In this document: piece by piece, positions 28,071 to 37,542 of the stretch | How positions within the stretch are numbered: position 1 is the first letter of the stretch | How the letters are laid out: each line of letters starts with the position of its first letter | DNA from: Candidatus Poribacteria bacterium | GTDB taxonomy: Bacteria; Poribacteria; WGA-4E; WGA-3G | Direction: 5' to 3' | Assembly: GCA_965214095.1 (NCBI GenBank) | Contig: OZ243938.1 | Location: 256,001 to 320,000, forward strand | Length of the DNA: 64,000 nt | The notes under the pieces: model-generated | The model's input: the letters and a program-made list of their open reading frames with translations, nothing else | What the model was told of the DNA's origin: nothing | Database searches by the model: none | Translations under genes and position numbers: made by a program

Positions 28071-30188
28071 ATGGAGAATTCAGTGAAAAGTTCAACAGGA
28101 AAAGCCGTTTGTCCTTATTGTGGTGTCGGCTGTGTTATCCGTGCAACGGTAGAGGAAAACAAAATTACGAGAATCTCAGCCGACGATAGTGATGCACCGA
28201 ATTACGGAATGCTTTGTCCGAAAGGTGCACATCTCAAACAGGTGTTTCAGAATCATGACGGTAGACTGGCATACCCGATGATTCGAGAAAATAAAGATGA
28301 AGACCTACGTCAAGTTTCTTGGGAACAAGCTATTGCATTTACAGCAAACCGGCTACAAGCAATTAGGTTGGAACATGGTAAAGATGCGCTTGCACTCTAC
28401 GGTTCCGGTCAATTGGACACAGAAACTTCTTACGTTTTTAATAAATTGTTCAAGGGTTTTCTACGGACAAATAATATAGATACAAATAGTAGACTCTGCA
28501 TGTCATCTGCCGTAGTTGGATATATGCAGGCTTTCGGTTCAGATGGTCCACCGACATGTTATGACGATATTCAACATGCGGATGTATTTCTGATTATCGG
28601 TGCGAATATGGCAGTTAACCATCCTGTTCTGTTTCAGATGATACGAAAACGGCGTGCATCAGAACCTAACACCCGTATTATTGCAGTAGACCCGCGACGG
28701 ACTAAAACTGCAGAGTTTTCTGATGTTCATGTGCCACTTGCACCTGGAAGTGATGTTGCTTTCTTACAACTGATAGCGAAACGTCTTATTGATAATGGAC
28801 GTGTTGACAAACGTTTTATTCAAAGAAACACAGAAAACTATAGTGCATATAAGCATCAACTTGAATGCCTTGACGAGGGGACATTGCTTTCTATCTGTGA
28901 TATCCATCCCGGTCGTATTGATGAAATAGTTGAATTTCTTTCAAAACCAAGCAGTCGGTTACTCAGTTTTTACTGTCAAGGCACAAATCAGAGCACAAGC
29001 GGCGTAGAAAAGAATAACGCACTTATCAATTTACATCTTCAGTTAGGTGAGGTAGGAAAAAGTGGTTCAGGTCCATTTTCCCTAACAGGTCAACCGAATG
29101 CGATGGGTGGTAGAGAGGTAGGCTATCTATCTCACCAGTTGCCCGGTTATCGAGTTGTGACAAACGATATGCATCGCGCCTATCTTGAAGGTGCGTGGCG
29201 AATTCCGCCGGGAAGCATTGATCCAGAACCGGGGTTGACTGCAGTTCCGATGTTTGAAGCCGCCGCTGCAGGTGATGTACATGCCTTGTGGATTGTATGT
29301 ACTAATCCTGCCGTGAGTATGCCCGATACAAAGGTTTCTCAAGCGGGACTAAAACGTGCGGACTTAGTGGTTGTTCAAGATTGTTATTATCCGACTGAAA
29401 CAGCAGAATATGCAGATGTTCTATTCCCCGCGGCACAGTGGGGAGAAAAACGCGGGACTATGACGAATAGTGAACGATTGGTTGTGCGAAGTGAGAAATT
29501 CCTTGAACCACCGGGTGAAGCAAAACCTGATTGGTGGATATTCTCTCAAATTGCGAAGGTGATGGGATACAAACGTGACTTTGATTTTCATTCTCACGAA
29601 GAAATATGGGACGAATATCGATTGTTGACTGCAGGAACACCTTGTGATCAGATGGGGATGACGAATGAACGACTTAAGACAACATCACTCCGTTGGCCTT
29701 GTCCGAATCCACGACATCCTGGAACACTTCGTAGGTATACACGTAGGAAGTTCTACACACCATCTGGTAGAGCGCAATTTAAAACACCTGTCTACAAACC
29801 ACCTAATGAGACTACTGATGAAGAATATCCATTTGGATTGACGACAGGTCGCGTTGCGAGTCAATGGCATACACGAACACGGACGGGTAAAGTTCCACAA
29901 CTCACGAAAAAGGATCCAGAACCTTTTGTTGAAATACATCCAGATGATGCTGTTGACAATAATATAACAGATGGAGAGTGGATATATATTGTAGGACGAA
30001 GGGGAAGATGTTATGCGCGTGCGCGTGTTACTGATACTATTCGCCGTGGATTATTGTTCACTCCGTTCCATTGGGGTGATCTGTTTCACGCGGAGACGAA
30101 TGCAAATTATGTGACAAATTCAGCGTTTGATCCTGTTTCTAAACAACCAGAGTTGAAGTTCTGTGCTGTACGGATTGAGGTTGAGTAA
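28071..30188 (+). CDS. narB: Assimilatory nitrate reductase, Mo-bis-MGD, NarB-type (no C-terminal BFD domain)
   Basis: CPYCGVGC...LCPKG, NSRLCMSSA, LTGQPNAMGGRE, QWHTRTRTG and SKQPELK motifs. Confidence 0.92.
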   Translation: MENSVKSSTGKAVCPYCGVGCVIRATVEENKITRISADDSDAPNYGMLCPKGAHLKQVFQNHDGRLAYPMIRENKDEDLRQVSWEQAIAFTANRLQAIRLEHGKDALALYGSGQLDTETSYVFNKLFKGFLRTNNIDTNSRLCMSSAVVGYMQAFGSDGPPTCYDDIQHADVFLIIGANMAVNHPVLFQMIRKRRASEPNTRIIAVDPRRTKTAEFSDVHVPLAPGSDVAFLQLIAKRLIDNGRVDKRFIQRNTENYSAYKHQLECLDEGTLLSICDIHPGRIDEIVEFLSKPSSRLLSFYCQGTNQSTSGVEKNNALINLHLQLGEVGKSGSGPFSLTGQPNAMGGREVGYLSHQLPGYRVVTNDMHRAYLEGAWRIPPGSIDPEPGLTAVPMFEAAAAGDVHALWIVCTNPAVSMPDTKVSQAGLKRADLVVVQDCYYPTETAEYADVLFPAAQWGEKRGTMTNSERLVVRSEKFLEPPGEAKPDWWIFSQIAKVMGYKRDFDFHSHEEIWDEYRLLTAGTPCDQMGMTNERLKTTSLRWPCPNPRHPGTLRRYTRRKFYTPSGRAQFKTPVYKPPNETTDEEYPFGLTTGRVASQWHTRTRTGKVPQLTKKDPEPFVEIHPDDAVDNNITDGEWIYIVGRRGRCYARARVTDTIRRGLLFTPFHWGDLFHAETNANYVTNSAFDPVSKQPELKFCAVRIEVE

Positions 30189-30194
30189 CAGTAT

Positions 30195-31793
30195 CTAACC
30201 AAGATTACCACTTGTAGGACGTTCTTGCACCACGGGAATAACGTAACTCCGAATCATCAATTCATTTATCATTTCTGTCTCTGTGCGCGGTTCTGGTGTC
30301 TCGCGATGATCGAATACCACGTAGTAGCCATCCGCTACACCTTCCGTTGATAGATACTCGGCGAGTTGCTGCTTCCCTTTGATATAGTACCTGTCACTTC
30401 GCCATATCTTTGTTTCAATGACATATTTTCTCTGATTTTGAAAAATAATCAGATCCATCCTACCGCGCCCGGTTGGAACTTCCATATACATTACCCCGTT
30501 CACGCTGGTAACAAATTGGTCAAGATATGCAAAAAGCAAGTGCTGTCCGATAAATTCTTGCGGGGTATCGGGGACTTGTAGGATCCTGAATCCTACGCGA
30601 GCAATGAAGTCTCGGAAGTTATCAAGGAGCCGTTCCATCTGAATCTGTCCGGTGTCGGTGAGGTACTGAAACCTATCAGTATCTTCTGGGAAGTAATCGC
30701 GTTCCAATCCGTTGACTAATGGTTTGAAGGCTTGTAGAATGCAATGTAGGTAAATTGGATTGGCAATTTTACACATTCTGTCAGTGCCTCTCGTGAGTAC
30801 TCCGTACGTTGCAAGTTCATTAATAAGTTCATTACGTAGGGTGAAAGACACCCCTTCCTCGTACAATACGATTCGCATCAAAAAGCTTTCAAAGCGAGGG
30901 TTTCGACGGATATTGGTTATCAAATGTGTTAGGTTGGTGTTCCGTTCATCCAAAAGTTGTCCATGTGCTTGTGAAAAATGTGTCATTGTGAATGCTTCAG
31001 TTATTGGAATGTCCATCTCTTCCGTGAGTATCTGTGCGAATCGGTTGACGAGAAAGGGTTGCCCTCCCGTTTGTTTGTGAATGGATTCAATTACTTCATG
31101 TTCGAAAGTCTGTCCCGTCTCGTCTGTATATTGCCCGAACAGTTCTTGCACATGCGAAAGTGTAAAATTGGACAAAGCAAAATCGTCCTGAATATTGAAT
31201 GGGGAGACAGATCGATCATAGTTGAGTTGCGCGATGCTCTTGACACCGACAATGCCAAGGCTGTGCGGACATCGGTGAGAAGTCCTGGAGATATAGATGC
31301 GGCGGAGGGCATACAAGAAATCATTCACGATTGCTGGAGGAATGCCATCAAACTCATCAATGAGGATGACAACTTGTTGATTTTCTAACACCCTCGCCAA
31401 TGTCCTGAAACCTCTGAGCATTGAAACATTGTCGGTTAAGGTTGTGTTTTCTAAAAAATCTCTTAACGCCTCAGAGGGAACTTCTCCACGTTTATGGTAA
31501 ATATCCTCTATTTCCTCGCGAATGTCTTCGGTGAGGTTACTATAAAAATCTGATGGAGTGAGGTTTTTATACGCTTCAAAATCCAAGTGAATAGGGAGGA
31601 AATTTGTTTCCTCAGTGGCGAGGATATCCATAGCAGCATAAAAAAAAGTTGTCTTGCCTGTTTGCCGGGGTGCAAAGATAACGATATAACGTCCCTCTTT
31701 GACGCGTTGAATGAACTCGGTGAGTTCCTCAGTCCGAGTGACAATATAATGCTGTTCAGGGTTCACGGGGCCTAGTGTTCCAAACCTTCGCAC
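30195..31793 (-). CDS. AAA-like ATPase fused to a C-terminal PD-(D/E)XK nuclease-like domain
   Basis: Walker A APRQTGKTT, Walker B ILIDEFD, SPFNI, TGGQPFLV, and C-terminal GRMDLII...VIETK. Confidence 0.85.
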   Translation of the reverse strand: MRRFGTLGPVNPEQHYIVTRTEELTEFIQRVKEGRYIVIFAPRQTGKTTFFYAAMDILATEETNFLPIHLDFEAYKNLTPSDFYSNLTEDIREEIEDIYHKRGEVPSEALRDFLENTTLTDNVSMLRGFRTLARVLENQQVVILIDEFDGIPPAIVNDFLYALRRIYISRTSHRCPHSLGIVGVKSIAQLNYDRSVSPFNIQDDFALSNFTLSHVQELFGQYTDETGQTFEHEVIESIHKQTGGQPFLVNRFAQILTEEMDIPITEAFTMTHFSQAHGQLLDERNTNLTHLITNIRRNPRFESFLMRIVLYEEGVSFTLRNELINELATYGVLTRGTDRMCKIANPIYLHCILQAFKPLVNGLERDYFPEDTDRFQYLTDTGQIQMERLLDNFRDFIARVGFRILQVPDTPQEFIGQHLLFAYLDQFVTSVNGVMYMEVPTGRGRMDLIIFQNQRKYVIETKIWRSDRYYIKGKQQLAEYLSTEGVADGYYVVFDHRETPEPRTETEMINELMIRSYVIPVVQERPTSGNLG

Positions 31794-31850
31794 TCTATTT
31801 TCCTCTCAGACATTATTGGCGATGCCGATATAACCGTTATACAATTATTG

Positions 31851-32798
31851 CTAAAACCCAAGCTCCTTATCCACGACATTCTTCAAGTCTTCACCATTTA
31901 GATATCGCTCAAGGTTATCCAAGAAAAATTCTGTGATACGTGTCATGCGGTGTTGCGAACCACCAGCCGCGTGTGGTGTAATGATAACATTATCCATATC
32001 CCACAAAGGACTCTCTGATGGTAAGGGTTCGACCTCTGTAACATCTAATCCGGCTCCAGCAATTTTACCTTCTTGCAAGACTTCAATTAAATCATCCTCT
32101 TTGACAATTGGACCGCGGGCAACGTTAATCAAATATGCTGTCGGCTGCATCGCTGACAAGTTTTCAGCATTTATCAACCCACGCGTCTCTTCAGTCAATG
32201 GACATGCAATCATTACAACATCTACCCGTCCCATTGTTTCAGTGAGTTTACTCATCGGCACAAGCTCGTCAACACTATCAGGTTTTTCGGTACGATATGC
32301 ATCCACACCGATGATATACATATCAAACCCATTCGCACGTTTTGCCATCTGCATGCCGATTCCACCTAAACCGACAATCCCCATCTTGAAACCTTCTATC
32401 TCAATCATCGGGGATTTGCTACCACCCCATTTACGGTTATCTTGGTTCCGAGTGAAATGATGTATGCCACGTGTTAATCCGAGTAAGAGCGCAAAGGCTT
32501 GGTCAGCAACGTGTGTTCCATATAGTCCAGCAGCGTTTGTCAAGATTACATTGCTTTCACGCATTGCAGGATACATATGTTTGTCCATACCTGCACTGGA
32601 TGCCTGGATCCACTTGATATTTGGCACGATCGGGAAAATATCCTCACTACAAAATCCGAAGAAAATGTCCGTATCTTTACCTTCTTCTGCTATTTCCTCG
32701 CGTGAACTCGACATGACATAAGTATGGTCAGATCCAATAATACTTTCTAATCGTTCTAACTGTTCACCTTCAACTCTATGTTGTAATAATATCTTCAT
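31851..32798 (-). CDS. D-2-hydroxyacid dehydrogenase
   Basis: GIVGLGGIG, LINVARG, GAGLDV, EPLP and ITPH motifs. Start MKILLQ after GAAAGGA. Confidence 0.92.
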   Translation of the reverse strand: MKILLQHRVEGEQLERLESIIGSDHTYVMSSSREEIAEEGKDTDIFFGFCSEDIFPIVPNIKWIQASSAGMDKHMYPAMRESNVILTNAAGLYGTHVADQAFALLLGLTRGIHHFTRNQDNRKWGGSKSPMIEIEGFKMGIVGLGGIGMQMAKRANGFDMYIIGVDAYRTEKPDSVDELVPMSKLTETMGRVDVVMIACPLTEETRGLINAENLSAMQPTAYLINVARGPIVKEDDLIEVLQEGKIAGAGLDVTEVEPLPSESPLWDMDNVIITPHAAGGSQHRMTRITEFFLDNLERYLNGEDLKNVVDKELGF

Positions 32799-32827
32799 AT
32801 ATGTCCTTTCTATCGTAAACCTTAGTT

Positions 32828-32966
32828 TTATAGTGAAATGTAAAAATACGTGCACGCTCCCGGTAGATGCGGTTTCCTAACCGCATCTATGAGACTGAAC
32901 AGACACCGGTTCGGTTAGGAAACCGAACCTACCGTAGTGTGTAAATAATTACGATTTTTACTATAA
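32828..32966. mobile_element. MITE/REPIN-like element C: imperfect TIRs enclosing an inverted REP pair
   Basis: Ends TTATAGTGAAATGTAA and TTACGATTTTTACTATAA. REPs GTAGATGCGGTTTCCTAACCGCATC (32863-32887) and, inverted, GGTTCGGTTAGGAAACCGAACCTAC (32908-32932). Confidence 0.75.
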
Positions 32967-32982
32967 TCAGCCACATTATATA

Positions 32983-33009
32983 GGAGAGGTTAGGAGACCC
33001 CGCCTACCG
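32983..33009 (-). repeat. Degenerate GTAG REP copy
   Basis: Minus strand reads GTAGGCGGGGTCTCCTAACCTCTCC, keeping the family's TCCTAACC core. Confidence 0.6.
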
Positions 33010-33064
33010 TAGAAGAATTCTCCTGATTCTTAGGTCTCATCATCAATACATGTGTGTTTGTTGT

Positions 33065-33958
33065 CTACCAAGGAGGTGTGTCGGGTAGCAATTCTTGATA
33101 CTGACTTAGCAAAGTGTCCTCATACTTACCTGCATATTGTCCGTTAAAGAATCTGTCTATTCCTTCTTCAAGGAAATGTGCCCATGATGTGTCTTCAGCT
33201 CCTGGATTGACAGGAAAAAACAGTGCATCTACGCTGCGACCGGCTTTCAAGTCACCCGGTGAATCACCGATCATCAAAACGTGGTTTTCAGCATATTTGT
33301 CTTTTGTTGTGATGGTGAGATGTTCCGTTTTTGTTCCCATCTCTTGTCCTGCGATAAGCGCGACATATTGGTCTATATTATGTTCATCCCATTCACGTTT
33401 AAGTGCTTCATCAGGTGTAGCAGATACAACTAACACATCTGCTTTGCCTTGAAGTCTTTGTAATGCTTCTCGGACACCAGGAAATGGAGGCAGGTTATAG
33501 ACAATTTCTGCAACGCTTTCGTTAACCGCAAGACTCCATTCCATGACATGACTGAACTCATCCTTTCTTACACCTGTAGCAGTATCAATTGCGTCCTGTA
33601 GTGCTGGATTGCCAAGTTTTGTTTCAGTTTCAGTCCATTCTCGCAAGTGTGGTAGTTGTGGTATGTCTAATCCCATTTTTTTAACAAGAGACATCTCTCT
33701 CAAATAATCAAAGACGAGAATGACGGCTTTAAAGCGGTTTGTGCCACGCATTGTGGAATATAGATTGACAAAATCCCATGCTTGATGTACTTGACGTGAA
33801 ATGGATGCTAAACCGAAGTATTTCACAACGTTTACGCTGAAGCAATCGTTGTGTTTTACTTCCATACTATTGAAAACACACCCATCTGAATCAATTCCAA
33901 CAAAAAAGTCGTGTTTGGGTTCAAAATCGTATAATTCTTGTTGTGGTTTTTGAGCCAT
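33065..33958 (-). CDS. HAD family hydrolase
   Basis: GIDSDGCVF, VVSAT and MIGDSPGD motifs. Start MAQKP after AGGAG. Confidence 0.88.
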   Translation of the reverse strand: MAQKPQQELYDFEPKHDFFVGIDSDGCVFNSMEVKHNDCFSVNVVKYFGLASISRQVHQAWDFVNLYSTMRGTNRFKAVILVFDYLREMSLVKKMGLDIPQLPHLREWTETETKLGNPALQDAIDTATGVRKDEFSHVMEWSLAVNESVAEIVYNLPPFPGVREALQRLQGKADVLVVSATPDEALKREWDEHNIDQYVALIAGQEMGTKTEHLTITTKDKYAENHVLMIGDSPGDLKAGRSVDALFFPVNPGAEDTSWAHFLEEGIDRFFNGQYAGKYEDTLLSQYQELLPDTPPW

Positions 33959-33985
33959 ATATTCTCCTAAAAAGTGTCTTAGTCT

Positions 33986-34010
33986 ACGGCACACGCAGTG
34001 TGCCTAATAC
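33986..34010 (-). repeat. REP hairpin, family 2
   Basis: Minus strand GTATTAGGCACACTGCGTGTGCCGT matches GTAGTAGGCACGCTCCGCGTGCCGT at 57061-57085, with a compensatory stem change. Confidence 0.7.
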
Positions 34011-34011
34011 T

Positions 34012-35475
34012 TTATTCAACAACAACTTCAGGTCGGTTTTCCAGCATCCATTCTGTATGAAAAACTGTTGGGTCTCCATCTTCTCCGACTATTGTGTTTC
34101 CATCAGGATCCAATTTATGATATGTATGTGCTCCGAAATAATCGCGCATTGCTTGGATAAGGTTTGCAGAAAGTCTGTTACTGCGGTAACTATCAAAATA
34201 TGCCAATGCGGAACTGAACGCAGGTATTGGAACACCGAGTTGCGTTGCTGTGCTAATCACATTCCGCCAATGGGGTTGTGCATCCTCAATGACCTCGCGG
34301 AAATAGGAGTCAAGCAGTAGGTTAGACAGATCTGGATTGCGTTCATACGCCTCTGCAATACGATGTAGGAATTTTGCACGGATGATACATCCGCCACGCC
34401 ACCCTAAAGCAATTTTACCGAGGTCCAAATTCCAATCATATTCAGTACTTGCTTCACGCATGAGTGCGAAACCTTGTGCGTAAGAGCATATTTTTGCAGC
34501 ATAGAGTGCATCGTGGATAGCTTGAAGTGCTGCTTCTCTGTCGCCGTCGTAAGTCCCTGATGGACCGTCAATAACATCAGATGCATTCACGCGTTCATCT
34601 TTGATTGCAGAGATACAACGTGCGAAAACAGCTTCAGCGATAGTTGGTGCAGAAATTCCAAGGTCTAATGCAGAAATGCTTGTCCATTTACCTGTGCCTT
34701 TTTGTCCTGCTTTGTCCAGAACAACATCTACAAATGGCGTGCCGTTGGTATCGCGTTGTGTAAATATGTCAGCAGTGATCTCAATGAGATAGGAATTAAG
34801 TTCTCCTTGATTCCATTTGTCAAATACCTCATGCATTTCATCTGCATTCATTCCCAATATGTTTTTCATTAAGGAGTATGCTTCACAAATCAACTGCATA
34901 TCACCATATTCAATCCCGTTATGCACCATTTTGACATAATGGCCAGCACCGTTCGGTCCTATATATGAACAACATGGTGTTCCTTCAACCTGTGCGGCGA
35001 TCTTTGTAAAGATAGGTTCTACAAGCGTATATGCCTTGGATGAACCACCTGGCATCATTGCTGGTCCTTTTAAAGCACCTTCTTCACCACCAGAAATGCC
35101 TGTTCCGATAAACAGTATATCTTGTTCATCCAATTCTGTGTGTCGTCGGATAGTGTCGTTGAAATTGGAGTTACCTCCATCAATTATTAGGTCACCTTTT
35201 GAAAGGTGAGGAACAAGTAACTCAATGAATGCATCAACCGGTTCCCCTGCTTTCACCATCAATATAATTTTACGCGGTGTTTCTAACTGTTTTATAAATT
35301 CAGGTATTGAGTGGGTGCCTACAATATTTTTTCCATTTGCTGAACCTGCAATAAAATCATCAACTCGTGAAACGGTTCTGTTAAAAACCGCCACATTAAA
35401 GCCTTTGCTTTCCATATTTAATGCAAGGTTTTCACCCATCACCGCTAATCCGATGAGTCCTATGTCTGCCGCCAA
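34012..35475 (-). CDS. gnd: 6-phosphogluconate dehydrogenase, decarboxylating (NADP)
   Basis: GLIGLAVMGENL, IDGGNS, KMVHNGIEYGDMQ, QKGTGKWT and RDYFGAHTY motifs. TTG start with AGGAGG. Confidence 0.97.
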   Translation of the reverse strand: MAADIGLIGLAVMGENLALNMESKGFNVAVFNRTVSRVDDFIAGSANGKNIVGTHSIPEFIKQLETPRKIILMVKAGEPVDAFIELLVPHLSKGDLIIDGGNSNFNDTIRRHTELDEQDILFIGTGISGGEEGALKGPAMMPGGSSKAYTLVEPIFTKIAAQVEGTPCCSYIGPNGAGHYVKMVHNGIEYGDMQLICEAYSLMKNILGMNADEMHEVFDKWNQGELNSYLIEITADIFTQRDTNGTPFVDVVLDKAGQKGTGKWTSISALDLGISAPTIAEAVFARCISAIKDERVNASDVIDGPSGTYDGDREAALQAIHDALYAAKICSYAQGFALMREASTEYDWNLDLGKIALGWRGGCIIRAKFLHRIAEAYERNPDLSNLLLDSYFREVIEDAQPHWRNVISTATQLGVPIPAFSSALAYFDSYRSNRLSANLIQAMRDYFGAHTYHKLDPDGNTIVGEDGDPTVFHTEWMLENRPEVVVE

Positions 35476-35511
35476 ATCTGTTTCCTCCTATAATATGTAT
35501 GAAATATGTAT

Positions 35512-35541
35512 ATCATACACTGAAATAGACGATAAAGTCAA
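35512..35541 (-). promoter_or_regulatory. sigma70-type promoter of gnd
   Basis: TTGACT-18 bp-TATGAT on the minus strand. Confidence 0.5.
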
Positions 35542-35616
35542 CAGCAAAATGGAAGATGTTGGTGCTTGAAAATGTTTAATTACATATACACTCTCATGAT
35601 TTATTGAAATTCGGTT

Positions 35617-35657
35617 AAAAAAAATCGGTTTCAAGCCTATTGGAATGAAACCGATTT
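35617..35657 (-). terminator. Intrinsic terminator downstream of the DUF1501 gene
   Basis: AAATCGGTTTCA/TGAAACCGATTT stem followed by a T-run on the minus strand. Confidence 0.75.
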
Positions 35658-35719
35658 AATAGAAATTAAGACGATATACAATGTGTGTTTCAAATTGAAA
35701 TATTAGATTGCAGTTTCTT

Positions 35720-35833
35720 ATACCATTTCTAATAGAAAACTTCGCATTCTTGTAGCACAAACTGCCAGTTTGTGTACTCCTTCAAGACATTCTTAACAAA
35801 TATTAATGGGATAAACATTCATAGAAATGGTAT
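35720..35833. mobile_element. MITE-like element D: 12-bp perfect TIRs with a GTAG hairpin
   Basis: ATACCATTTCTA ... TAGAAATGGTAT. Internal GTAGCACAAACTGCCAGTTTGTGTAC at 35752-35777. Confidence 0.7.
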
Positions 35834-35864
35834 TACTTTCAAATAACATCTCAAATTGGTTTGT

Positions 35865-37358
35865 CTAACTCATTACCTGCCAAATCGGTTCTGCCCCTTC
35901 AACTCCTACGAGTTTTTGATCTAATCCACTATGGAAATAAGTGAGATGATTCGGATCTATTCCGAGTTGATGTAGGATTGTTGCGTGCAGATGTCTGACA
36001 TGAAACGGGTTTTTGACTGCAACACTACCGAGTTCATCAGTTTCGCCAATACTGATTCCACCCTTGATACCTCCGCCTGCCATCCACATCGTGAAGCCAT
36101 ACGAGTTGTGGTCACGACCTGTGCCTTTAGCATATTCTGCAGTTGGTTGACGTCCGAACTCACCACCCCACACAACAAGCGTTTCGTCCAGTAAACCGCG
36201 TTGTTTAAGATCTCTTAGAAGTCCCGCTATCGGTTTATCTGTAGCCTTAGCATGCTTGTTATGATTTCGTTCAATGTCACCGTGTGCGTCCCAATTGGCA
36301 TCATTATGGGCACCGCCAGAGTAAAGTTGAATGAATCGTACACCGCGCTCAACCAATCGTCTTGCTAAAAGACATTTTGTGCCATATTCCTCTGTTTCTT
36401 TTTCATTGATTCCATAAAGTGCTTTGATGTGTTCAGGTTCGCTGTCTAATTCAACAGCTTCGGGTGCTGCAGATTGCATCTTAAATGCTAACTCATAACT
36501 TGCAATTCGAGCCGCGAGATCGGTGTTATCAGTCCGTTTTGATAAATGTGCGGTGTTAAATTTGTGCAGATAATCAAGTAACCGTCGTTGTTCACTTTGG
36601 CTAACGTCGTTAGGACGTTCCAAATTAAGGATCGGTGCTCCTTCTGAACGAAAAACTGTTCCTTGGAAGACTGCAGGCATATACCCGCTACTCCAATTTT
36701 TCGCACCGCTGATTGGACCGCCTGTCCGGTCAAGCATTACAACATAACCGGGAAGGTTCTCGTTCTCACTACCAAGTCCATAATTTACCCAAGATCCCAA
36801 CGATGGATGTCCGCTTAACACTCGCCCTGCGTTCATCATTAGCATTGCTGAACCATGCAGAGGTGAGTCAGCAGTCATAGATTTGATGAATGCAATATCA
36901 TCAACACAAGTTGCAATATTTGGAAAGAGTCCAGAAACCCACTGTCCCGATTCCCCGTACTGTTTGAAACTCCATTTGGGACCGACTATGCGTCCTTGCG
37001 ATCTTTCACCACCACGTCCTTTTGTCTTGACTTGGACGGTTTTATCGTTTAGTTCAAATAATTTCGGTTTATAGTCAAATGTATCTACATGGCTTGGACC
37101 GCCATACATGAATAGGAAAATCACATGTTTTGCCTTTGGTGTGAAGTGTGATGGTTTTGGCGCAAGCGGGTTTTCATAGGGGGTAGCACCGTCTTCAGCG
37201 AACACCTGTGAGTTGAGAAAACCGTCAGAAGATAAGATGCTTGTCAGGGCAAGCGATGCGAAACCACCCGCAATATTCCCAATAAATTCTCTACGGGTTT
37301 CACCACAAAAATTCGATGTTGACTTTGTTTCTCTATTAATCTTAGAACGATTGTCCAT
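35865..37358 (-). CDS. DUF1501 family protein (Tat-exported, PVC type)
   Basis: TRREF Tat motif, FLFMYGGPSHVDTFD, LARRLVERGVRFIQL, WDAHG, GEFGR and GRDHN. Confidence 0.92.
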   Translation of the reverse strand: MDNRSKINRETKSTSNFCGETRREFIGNIAGGFASLALTSILSSDGFLNSQVFAEDGATPYENPLAPKPSHFTPKAKHVIFLFMYGGPSHVDTFDYKPKLFELNDKTVQVKTKGRGGERSQGRIVGPKWSFKQYGESGQWVSGLFPNIATCVDDIAFIKSMTADSPLHGSAMLMMNAGRVLSGHPSLGSWVNYGLGSENENLPGYVVMLDRTGGPISGAKNWSSGYMPAVFQGTVFRSEGAPILNLERPNDVSQSEQRRLLDYLHKFNTAHLSKRTDNTDLAARIASYELAFKMQSAAPEAVELDSEPEHIKALYGINEKETEEYGTKCLLARRLVERGVRFIQLYSGGAHNDANWDAHGDIERNHNKHAKATDKPIAGLLRDLKQRGLLDETLVVWGGEFGRQPTAEYAKGTGRDHNSYGFTMWMAGGGIKGGISIGETDELGSVAVKNPFHVRHLHATILHQLGIDPNHLTYFHSGLDQKLVGVEGAEPIWQVMS

Positions 37359-37393
37359 ATATTCTCGTCTCCAATCTTAGATTCTATATATTA

Positions 37394-37519
37394 TACCATT
37401 TCTAAATGATAATTTACCATTATAGAGACACGCGTTCGTAGTCGCGCAATTCATTGCGCCTCTTACATTCACAAAACCTCGTAACTCTTCTAATGCGACT
37501 TTATTTTTTAGAATTGGTA
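37394..37519. mobile_element. MITE-like element E: same TIR family as D, different GTAG hairpin
   Basis: TACCATTTCTAAA ... TTTAGAATTGGTA match at 12/13. Internal GTAGTCGCGCAATTCATTGCGCC at 37438-37460. Confidence 0.7.
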
Positions 37520-37542
37520 CTATAAATGTGAAACAGATCATA

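Noticed and set aside
32828-33010. Clustered palindromic repeats considered as a CRISPR array
   Set aside because: The copies are inverted, irregularly spaced and dispersed across the window, with no cas genes. They fit GTAG REPs.
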